A model generated the notes under the pieces. That model worked only from the letters and a program-made list of their open reading frames with translations. It made no database searches and was not told the origin of the DNA. The position numbers were made by a program, and so were the translations under genes. DNA of 23,087 nucleotides from contig CAYYQL010000038.1 in the NCBI GenBank assembly GCA_964473825.1, positions 1 to 23,087 of the forward strand, given 5' to 3'. Positions 16,283 through 23,087 of the stretch are shown piece by piece (the stretch's first letter is position 1; each line of letters starts with the position of its first letter). The stretch comes from an uncultured archaeon. GTDB taxonomy: Archaea > Asgardarchaeota > Thorarchaeia > Thorarchaeales > Thorarchaeaceae.

Positions 16283-17944
16283 TTACCATGCCCCATCCTG
16301 AGGTAGATTCATCTCGAAGGCTACGACGGGGTTTCCTATCTCGAAATTCGTTAAGACTATCGGATTGATTTCTCCCACAATGCCCACATCTTCCTGATCT
16401 ATCAGTATTCTGGCGGAACGTCCAGTGATGAAAGAGGGATCTCTACATGATGCAAATCTGAAGCGTCCTTTGAGTCCCATTCCCCTAAGAACGAATGTCA
16501 ACTCGCGAAGCAATTCGGTCACATCAACTCTGTTGTTCGTAGTCATTGCACAGAGTGCAGTGAGCTGACGTGTTCTGGTCTCTGCATGTTGGTCAGGCAG
16601 CACAATGTCTCCCACCTCAAACACCTTCTGAGGATAGTCTGCGTGTTGGTTTCTTGCTGCGAAATCCAGAATGACAGGGAGTAGCGAGTTTCTAAGAACC
16701 GAGAAGTCTCTACTCTTCGGATTTGCTGTACTCACGTAGGGTGCATGTCTTTCCATCTTCAGATTGAGGGCTTCTGGCGATGTCATAACATAGCTCATGA
16801 CCTCTTGGTAACCCGCGCCCACCATTAGATCTCGGACTTTGTTCTTCAACCGGGTCATCGTACGCAAGCCTCCAATGGTCATGGTCTCCGGCAGTGTTGG
16901 GTCTATGTTATCAAAGCCGTATCCTATGGCAACATCTTCGATGATGTCAACAGGGTGTAGAACGTCCACTCTAAATGCAGGAACCTTGACTTTCGCTGTT
17001 CCCTTCTTCACTTCTGCACCATAGCACATTCTTCTCAGACTCTCTCTGATTTCCTTATACGTCAGGTCAAGTCCTAGTAGCTGTCTGATCCGCTGCACGT
17101 CAACTTCCATATTCCGGGGCTCAAGGACTGGTGTTTGCATAGTAGTTCCATCAGGATATAGAATCTCCACAGATTCTATCTTTCCCCCACGTTCGGCTAG
17201 AGAAGTAGTCATGATATTGAGGCACTGCTCTACCGTGGGTAGGTGAGTTCCTGTCACCTCGACGAAGATGTTCTTTGTGTCTTCGGAGATCTTTCCAAGG
17301 TCGTTGCTGTTGATAATCGGGGGGAGGCTTAGAATCTTACCTGCATTATCCGCTAACAGTGGCCACCTCTCGAAGTCAGAGATGACATGCCCAAATTCGA
17401 TTCCCTTCTCATGCTTTTTCAGTATTGTTGGGCCGTCCATCGGCTCATCATAACCTAGTGGGACAAACTTGATCTTTTCAGGGTCCTCCGTTCCGTAATA
17501 TACAGGGAAGTCAAGCTCGTCGTGTACATAGAGTCCAATACTCGCCTTGTTTCGATTCCGACCATGAGTTGATGTCAACATCTCTTGAAGACGCATGTAT
17601 TCTTTGATGAGCTGGTCACTTGTCTCTACGCCTTTCACTATGCCGCAGGCAATGTACTTCCTGATCTTTTCTAGTCCTCTCTCAACCACTATTTTCTTTC
17701 CTGATTCCTTGACCGGGAACCTGGGCAGACCAGGGCTGATATCAAGGAATGCCCGTAATGCCCGTGCAATCCCCTCGGTGGAAAGCATGTCCTGCCTGTC
17801 AGGGTTCACCTCTATGTCTATCGTTCCGTCGCCGAAACCTTCAACTTCGGATTTGAGGAGGAACAGCTTATTCTCGAGCTGCTCTTCTGTCATCTTATGG
17901 CCTATGAGCTTCAGGAGACTCTCAATCATACATGTTACAATCAT
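16283..17944 (-). CDS. pheT: Phenylalanine--tRNA ligase beta subunit (archaeal/eukaryotic type)
   Basis: IEVNPDRQDMLSTEGIARAL, HGRNRNKASIG, LSLPPIINS, VPAFRVDVLHPVDIIEDVAIGYG, LRNSLLP, PQKVFEVG; GAGGTGA SD overlapping the pheS stop. Confidence 0.96.
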   Translation of the reverse strand: MIVTCMIESLLKLIGHKMTEEQLENKLFLLKSEVEGFGDGTIDIEVNPDRQDMLSTEGIARALRAFLDISPGLPRFPVKESGKKIVVERGLEKIRKYIACGIVKGVETSDQLIKEYMRLQEMLTSTHGRNRNKASIGLYVHDELDFPVYYGTEDPEKIKFVPLGYDEPMDGPTILKKHEKGIEFGHVISDFERWPLLADNAGKILSLPPIINSNDLGKISEDTKNIFVEVTGTHLPTVEQCLNIMTTSLAERGGKIESVEILYPDGTTMQTPVLEPRNMEVDVQRIRQLLGLDLTYKEIRESLRRMCYGAEVKKGTAKVKVPAFRVDVLHPVDIIEDVAIGYGFDNIDPTLPETMTIGGLRTMTRLKNKVRDLMVGAGYQEVMSYVMTSPEALNLKMERHAPYVSTANPKSRDFSVLRNSLLPVILDFAARNQHADYPQKVFEVGDIVLPDQHAETRTRQLTALCAMTTNNRVDVTELLRELTFVLRGMGLKGRFRFASCRDPSFITGRSARILIDQEDVGIVGEINPIVLTNFEIGNPVVAFEMNLPQDGAW

Positions 17945-17950
17945 ATCGAT

Positions 17951-19462
17951 TCACCTCGTGAAATACTTCCTTCGTATCCATGTCAGGTCTCGACTGAACA
18001 CATTCCTAATATCATCAATATCCATGGCCGCCATGTACATTCGGCTTGCTCCCAGCCCCCATGCCAACACAGTTTCTCTTATTCCCAATGGATGGGTGAC
18101 CTCTGGTCTGAATATGCCTCCAGGTGCCACCTCGATCCAACCAAGCTTTTCATGTTTAGCATAGCCTTCGACGCTTGGCTCTGTGAATGGAAACTGACCG
18201 GGTTTGAACTTCAGTTTCTTAATCCCCACGCTCCTGCATATCTCTCGGATATAGCCCATCAGGTCCCTCAGCGTCAGTCCCTCGTCCCATATGATCCCTT
18301 CGCACTGGTCGAACTCTTGGCCATGCGTGGCACTGAGGGTTTCAGACCTGAAGTTACGTTCAATTATGAACATCTTATGTGGAGGTTCGGAATGTGCGGC
18401 TAAGTACCTGGCCGAAACAGGCGTTGTGTGGGATCTCAGGCAGAGCCTTGTGGCAATCTCTCTGCTGAATTCGGCCTGCCACCCCTTAGAACCTGTGTTT
18501 CCTCCATCTTCATGAACCATTTTGACCTGTTCGAAGTGTTTTTCGTCAGGTATAGTTCCATGGTCATAAGGCTCATCTACGCGGAACTGATCCTGGACTT
18601 CTCGGGCTACGTGGTCTTGAGGCACGAATAGCACATCATTGTTCCAGAATTCTGTTTCAACATAAGGCCCCCACCATTCTGTGAATCCAAGACCGATTAG
18701 CTCCTCCTTCAGCCAGTCGATGAATTCTGCATAGGGATGCTTCCTGCCTGCATTGGCCGAGGGTGGAATGATCTCCATGTTGTAAGGTTTGAAGCTCTTG
18801 CCATGCCAGTCACATGATGCAAGCATCCTTGGAGTCAGATTGAGTATGTCTTCCCCTTCTATACCGATCAGTGTTTCAGCTTTAGATTTGTCAATGGCCA
18901 GAGAGGCAACGAATACCTTCTGTATGCTGGTTTGAACAAGGGTTCTTTCTTGGGCCTGTCGAAGCCCTTCTAGAAGCCCCTTCTCAATCTCAGTTACTCC
19001 ACTGCTGAGGAGATTGAGCAGCTCCTGAACTGAGGAAGCCATGTCCTCCTTCAACACTTCAAACACTGACTGTCCATCTTTCTTCGTTATGCTCAGCCAA
19101 TCGTTCTTCCGGCACCAACTGATTGCAATCCCCTTGGTCTTCGCGCTCAGGCCAGCGGCCGAGACAGCTGCATCCATATCTGCGGTTCCTCCAGCATTTT
19201 TCACCGCTTCGAAAAGTCGAATCTCCGGCAACCCGTCAGTCGCGTACTCAAGTCCCTCTTCGGTCAGCCCGTAGGACTCGACCTCTTGAATCTCCAAGTT
19301 AACGAGTGACTTCTCGGCCAAAGAATTCAGGATTGAAACGACTCTTTCTCTCCTGTCATTCATCCTCCTCGCCAACAGCTCAGCATGGGCCCTATCGTCT
19401 ATCTTTAGAAGCTCTGAGACAACTCTTCTCTCTCCTTCTGTCAACTGGATGTCGTCAGTCAA
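17951..19462 (-). CDS. pheS: Phenylalanine--tRNA ligase alpha subunit (archaeal/eukaryotic long type)
   Basis: LTEEGxEYxxxGLPE, GRKHP, FWNNDVLFVPQDHVARE, LRSHTT, FRSE, EFDQCEG, FPFTEPS, GIFRPEV, LAWGLG. The ORF is open to 19528; TTG at 19462 is the more plausible start. Confidence 0.96.
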   Translation of the reverse strand: MTDDIQLTEGERRVVSELLKIDDRAHAELLARRMNDRRERVVSILNSLAEKSLVNLEIQEVESYGLTEEGLEYATDGLPEIRLFEAVKNAGGTADMDAAVSAAGLSAKTKGIAISWCRKNDWLSITKKDGQSVFEVLKEDMASSVQELLNLLSSGVTEIEKGLLEGLRQAQERTLVQTSIQKVFVASLAIDKSKAETLIGIEGEDILNLTPRMLASCDWHGKSFKPYNMEIIPPSANAGRKHPYAEFIDWLKEELIGLGFTEWWGPYVETEFWNNDVLFVPQDHVAREVQDQFRVDEPYDHGTIPDEKHFEQVKMVHEDGGNTGSKGWQAEFSREIATRLCLRSHTTPVSARYLAAHSEPPHKMFIIERNFRSETLSATHGQEFDQCEGIIWDEGLTLRDLMGYIREICRSVGIKKLKFKPGQFPFTEPSVEGYAKHEKLGWIEVAPGGIFRPEVTHPLGIRETVLAWGLGASRMYMAAMDIDDIRNVFSRDLTWIRRKYFTR

Positions 19463-19874
19463 TATGTTCCAAAACCCCTTGTTGTGTCGGTTGATCGGGG
19501 ATACGTACCTGGTATGAACACAGTCCACGTGAGAAGTAGTCCCTTACCGGGCTGGAAGAAATTGGTAGTACATTCCACCGTTCACCTGTAGACGTTTCAG
19601 GACTGGATGTTCCTTTTTAATCTGTCGTATCGATCAGGACTTAGGACACCTTTTCTGCTCTTCGACTGAAGTCATGCCTCCCCTTTTTTGATAAGCGACA
19701 GCATAATGCACGGTATTCTCACCCCCTCATCGGGCAAGACACAGTATTGGTGGAACGATAGAGTGGCATGTCGCAATGTTAAAATACTGTGCGCAGTTGG
19801 TCTGTTTCAGGCAGTTGCCCTTGGCAGACTTGTTCTGATGAAGTTCAACGTTTGACAGCACAGAGGCGAGAAGA

Positions 19875-20951
19875 TTGGACCTGAAGCGATTGAAGCTAAA
19901 GCGGAAGATAGCAGAACTAAAAGAGCTGAAGGGTCGTCATAGCTCATTTACCACTCTGTACGTTCCCCCTGACAAGAACTTGACTGATGTTATCAACTTC
20001 GTCAAGGCTGAGCTGGCCGGTGCGGAGAATATCAAAAGCAAGGCAAACCGAAAGAATGTTTCTGACAACCTCACTGCGATATTGAGCGAACTCACAAAGA
20101 TTCCCGAGCTGCCTGAAAATGGAATTGCATTCTTCTTCGGGATTCAGGAAGAAGGCGGTACTCAGGAAGAAATCCGTGACATTGTTGTGCCTCCCGCCCC
20201 TATTTCTCAATTTGTCTATATTTGTGGCCGTGAATTCGTGACTGAAGAACTCGAGAGCATGGTGGAACCAAAGAGCCTCTCTGTCATCGTCCTTATTGAG
20301 GGTGGTAAGGTTACAATCGGCTATCTGCGCGGTAAGCACATAGAACTAGTACGAGATGAGGATTTCTATATCATCGGGAAGACGCGCGCGGGAGGGCAGA
20401 GTGCTCGTCGATATGACCGCATTCGCGATGAGAAGATGCAAGACTTCTTCAAATATGTAGCAGAACTGCTTCAGGAGCTGCTTATCGACAAGCTCGACCA
20501 AGTCGACGCTATAATACTCGGTGGAAACACGATTCGTGCCCAAGAGTTTCTTGAAAAGGGTGGTCTCGACTATCGCCTCAGAGAGAAGGTAGCAGATGCA
20601 ATAATCTCCGTAGGTATGATCGATGAGACTGGACTGTATCAAGCAGTCAAAGAGGCTTCGCGGATAATGCGTGAGAGCGAGATATATGCTGAGCGCAAAG
20701 AATGGGATTCTTTCATGGAAGACCTGATGAAAGGTATGAACACCGTGACATATGGGAAGAAGGAAGTTATGCAGGCTCTTGAACAGGGCAGAATTGACAC
20801 GGTAATGGTCTTGGAGGGGCATGAGCTGCTGGATGAGCTGGTTCAAGAAGTGGAAAACTACGGCACGGAGATTATGGTCTTTTCAAACCAAACCGAGTCA
20901 GGTGCCCAGCTCGAGTCGCTTGGGGGCATTGCTGCTCGACTTCGGTGGTAA
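19875..20951 (+). CDS. prf1: Peptide chain release factor aRF1
   Basis: TLYVPP, NIKS, PENG, YICGREF (YxCxxxF), GKTRAGGQSARRY, TYG, LGGIAARLRW; TTG start with GAGG SD. Confidence 0.95.
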   Translation: MDLKRLKLKRKIAELKELKGRHSSFTTLYVPPDKNLTDVINFVKAELAGAENIKSKANRKNVSDNLTAILSELTKIPELPENGIAFFFGIQEEGGTQEEIRDIVVPPAPISQFVYICGREFVTEELESMVEPKSLSVIVLIEGGKVTIGYLRGKHIELVRDEDFYIIGKTRAGGQSARRYDRIRDEKMQDFFKYVAELLQELLIDKLDQVDAIILGGNTIRAQEFLEKGGLDYRLREKVADAIISVGMIDETGLYQAVKEASRIMRESEIYAERKEWDSFMEDLMKGMNTVTYGKKEVMQALEQGRIDTVMVLEGHELLDELVQEVENYGTEIMVFSNQTESGAQLESLGGIAARLRW

Positions 20952-20961
20952 TGAAGAAATA

Positions 20962-21384
20962 CTACTCTCTTGGGGGTCTTGGTAGCTCGCTCAGATTCAC
21001 AATGTCCTCAATCCACGCAGCAAGATGGTCGGAGATATCCTCCACGTATCTCATCAGAGCTTCCTGGAATCTGTGAAGCTTATCATGGTCCAGCTTCCTC
21101 GTTTTTGATTTGTAGTCTTCAACCCTTCTGGGTAGACCCATTGCCCACTTCCTCAGGCTGACCTCAGCTTTTCGGTCGGACAGAATTCTTTTTGCGGTCC
21201 CATCTTTCCTCCAGGTTTCAATCAGGTCTTCAACCAGTCGCTGGACTCCAATCAGCGCTGCAACAGCCTCTTTTGCGTCATCCTTCTTGGCTCGATTGCG
21301 GGTTGTATAGTATACTTCCTTCAGCTCGCGCTTCGCATTCATGACCTTGCCAAGGAAACTCCTGAGTTCTTGCATGACTGTCAC
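20962..21384 (-). CDS. Hypothetical basic all-alpha-helical protein
   Basis: Only long ORF filling the gap; amphipathic helices. The ORF is open to 21471, overlapping the upstream gene; GTG 21384 or ATG 21375 is more plausible. Confidence 0.7.
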   Translation of the reverse strand: MTVMQELRSFLGKVMNAKRELKEVYYTTRNRAKKDDAKEAVAALIGVQRLVEDLIETWRKDGTAKRILSDRKAEVSLRKWAMGLPRRVEDYKSKTRKLDHDKLHRFQEALMRYVEDISDHLAAWIEDIVNLSELPRPPRE

Positions 21385-21449
21385 GTGTGCTTTGACCAAG
21401 ATTACTCTTTTGCATCTAATTCGGTTCATGGTATGTTCTATACGATTTA

Positions 21450-22103
21450 CTAGATGATCGAGTACTGGCATCTGCCGTCCCGACTGAAGGGACAGATTAT
21501 GCAGACGCTCCTATTTGGATTAGGCTCGGGTGCCTTGTTACGAAACCAGTAGTCATCCATCTTCCGCAATTGCGAAATCGTCCGTGATGGTCTGAATCTC
21601 TCAACCATAACCGAGGCATTCTTGCATCTAACGCAGTTGGCGACATTTTTCTTCTGGCAGGCTCTCGCATGCTCTTGAAGGCAGTAGATCGTGACCAGTT
21701 TGGTGGTGCTGCACGAAACACCCGAGTCTTGGAGAGCAAGAGCATAGAGACTTGCTTGGAAGAAATCCTCTTTCCGTGGTTCTCGTGGCAGAAATCTGGT
21801 CGGGTATTTCCTTTCAATGACAGCCTCAAGAATTCCCACTTGATTGAACCCCAAGACCGCAGCGTCGAATCTTCCTGTGTATCTATGAGTCAACGAAATG
21901 ACACTTTGTTCTCTGAAGAGCCATCGCTTGCGACTTCCGTCAAGGTCTTGTTCAAGGAATTCACGTAATGGTATGGGGGATTGTGATGCAGTCGCTATAA
22001 CATTCCGAATCCTTGACGCCCCGCCGTTAGCCCTTATCATAGAGAGCAAGAATGCTCCAATGATGAAGAATGCAAGAAGAATCATGCTTGATATTTCGCT
22101 CAA
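21450..22103 (-). CDS. Cas4-like PD-(D/E)XK nuclease, catalytic C-terminal part with an N-terminal TM helix
   Basis: TM ILLAFFIIGAFLLSMI; YTGRFD (motif II), VIERK (ExK), QASLYALAL (QxxxY), C-terminal CIICPFSRDGRC; lacks the first Fe-S Cys motif. Confidence 0.78.
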   Translation of the reverse strand: MSEISSMILLAFFIIGAFLLSMIRANGGASRIRNVIATASQSPIPLREFLEQDLDGSRKRWLFREQSVISLTHRYTGRFDAAVLGFNQVGILEAVIERKYPTRFLPREPRKEDFFQASLYALALQDSGVSCSTTKLVTIYCLQEHARACQKKNVANCVRCKNASVMVERFRPSRTISQLRKMDDYWFRNKAPEPNPNRSVCIICPFSRDGRCQYSII

Positions 22104-22369
22104 AGTAATCCCACCATCACCCAGAGAATGCCAGCTATCACCGTCAAGATGGCAATAAAGACAAAGATTACCTCGTCATCGATGACGCGGTGTTCTGCTG
22201 AGGCTCGATCCGTCCTGTGGAGATGAGTGCCAACTCTCTGTGCTTGGCTCTTAGGGGATCCGAACTTCTGTCGAAGATAAAGTCGATACTCGCAGAGATA
22301 CTGGACTCTCAGTTCAGAAACCTGACGAAACTTTTTCATCTGTGTTCGCTTTGAAGGCATGTGTCTCAA
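22100..22369 (-). CDS. Cas4-like N-terminal part (first Fe-S Cys and GxxxH helix) with a C-terminal TM anchor
   Basis: VSELRVQYLCEYRLYL and AQRVGTHLH match the Cas4/AddB-type N-terminal signature; ends in VIFVFIAILTVIAGILWVMVGLL; TTGA stop/start overlap with the next ORF; start is TTG 22369 or ATG 22360. Confidence 0.72.
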   Translation of the reverse strand: MRHMPSKRTQMKKFRQVSELRVQYLCEYRLYLRQKFGSPKSQAQRVGTHLHRTDRASAEHRVIDDEVIFVFIAILTVIAGILWVMVGLL

Positions 22370-22471
22370 ACAGCCTGTTCCTGATATGCTCTCATAAGCC
22401 CCTATTTCTTGCAGTCTACCTCAAGAAAACAGCTGAAATCGTGTGCCAAGCAAGAAGATAAACAGAAGAGC

Positions 22472-22483
22472 TTTATTTATATG
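22472..22483. promoter_or_regulatory. AT-rich TATA-like element in the divergent intergenic region
   Basis: TTTATTTATATG between the divergently transcribed cas4-like pair and the AbrB-ACT gene. Confidence 0.35.
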
Positions 22484-22559
22484 AGTCGCAATAAGAGGAC
22501 TACAAGGCCAGTCTTGCTGCAACTGGATATGGGGAAAACCAAGCAGGTGAATATTCAAT

Positions 22560-22976
22560 ATGTCCGAGTACGAAGGAGCCACAGCCGGTCGAGTCCTAGC
22601 TTTTGATGAGAGTGACAGTGTTACTTTTCCGAGTTCATTCAAGGAGGCACTTGGAACAGACCGAGGGCTTATGGTGCTTGTACACAAGGACCGTCTAATC
22701 AAAATCTTCCCGTTGGATGCCTCAGAAGTGAGTTACCTTTCTCTTGAGATCGGAAAACTCACGAATGACTTCCTGACCCGACTCTCACAAATTTTCAAGA
22801 AGTCAGGCCTGATTGATTTGCTATTCTCCACTGGAGTCTGCTTGCGAGGAACTCGCTGCTTCTATGAATGCTATTTCTCACCTGAACAGCTGACTCTTTC
22901 ACTGGACGAACTGAGGGACTCACTTGGAGAACTTGATGGAGTGAGGCGGGTCGTAATCAAGGAAGTAGGGAAGTAG
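22560..22976 (+). CDS. Putative regulator: degenerate AbrB/MazE-like N-terminal domain plus ACT-like domain
   Basis: AGGTGA SD; FDESDSVTFPSSFKEALG resembles the AbrB (D..G.ITIP...R..LG) pattern; C-terminal beta-alpha-beta-beta-alpha-beta pattern ending LGELDGVRRVVI. Confidence 0.6.
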   Translation: MSEYEGATAGRVLAFDESDSVTFPSSFKEALGTDRGLMVLVHKDRLIKIFPLDASEVSYLSLEIGKLTNDFLTRLSQIFKKSGLIDLLFSTGVCLRGTRCFYECYFSPEQLTLSLDELRDSLGELDGVRRVVIKEVGK

Positions 22977-23021
22977 TCCTTCAGAACCGCCATCCGGCCA
23001 CCAGTTCTTCTTCTGGACAGC

Positions 23022-23087
23022 TCATTCCAACATATGCTGTAAATCTTGAGCCACAAATTGTGCGAGCCGACCATCAACTATCTCGAG
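23022..23087 (-). CDS. 3' end of a gene entering from the right edge, possibly an ABC-transporter ATP-binding protein
   Basis: The only minus frame open from the edge reads LEIVDGRLAQFVAQDLQHMLE*; LEIVDGRL resembles the last strands of LolD-type ABC ATPases; only 21 aa are visible. Confidence 0.35.
   Translation of the reverse strand, partial: LEIVDGRLAQFVAQDLQHMLE

Noticed and set aside
19740-19791. 9-bp inverted repeat CACAGTATT...AATACTGTG upstream of aRF1
   Set aside because: It is a single short repeat with a 34-nt spacer, no target-site duplication and no second copy, so it is compatible with chance.
22095-22125. prfB-like SD...CTT TGA programmed frameshift joining the two Cas4-like ORFs
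   Set aside because: The prfB signal shifts +1, but the downstream ORF is in the -1 frame. I see no X XXY YYZ slippery heptamer in the ~24-codon stretch where both frames are open.
98-23077. Numerous alternative-frame and antisense ORFs in the track (e.g. 2105-2680, 17595-18164, 20346-20846, 22871-23077)
   Set aside because: They overlap well-supported genes and show no recognisable motifs, so they are treated as shadow ORFs.
21450-23087. CRISPR-Cas locus implied by the Cas4-like genes
   Set aside because: No repeat-spacer array and no cas1, cas2 or effector genes are visible in the window.

Overview
Gene-dense archaeal chromosomal window with 22 complete CDS and one partial CDS. I see no rRNA, tRNA, CRISPR array or mobile element. 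The housekeeping genes (cofE, top6B/top6A, radA, geranylgeranyl reductase, purA, pheS/pheT, aRF1) occur with eukaryotic-signature-type genes (two Rab-like small GTPases, a Roadblock/LC7 protein, a probable Vps28-CTD-like protein). This points to an Asgard archaeon; Thorarchaeia is my guess, by inference only. Three things stand out. (1) A solo Cas4-like Fe-S PD-(D/E)XK nuclease is split over two overlapping ORFs, each half carrying its own transmembrane helix. (2) A coiled-coil protein with an ESCRT-I Vps28-like C-terminal bundle sits between two Rab-like GTPase paralogues, one of which is directly followed by a multi-TM protein. (3) Topoisomerase VI is remodelled: subunit A carries four tandem RadA-NTD-like (HhH)2 domains with Lys-rich linkers, and subunit B has an ~80-aa basic GHKL insert and an acidic tail. 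All calls are by-eye motif recognition; no searches were run.
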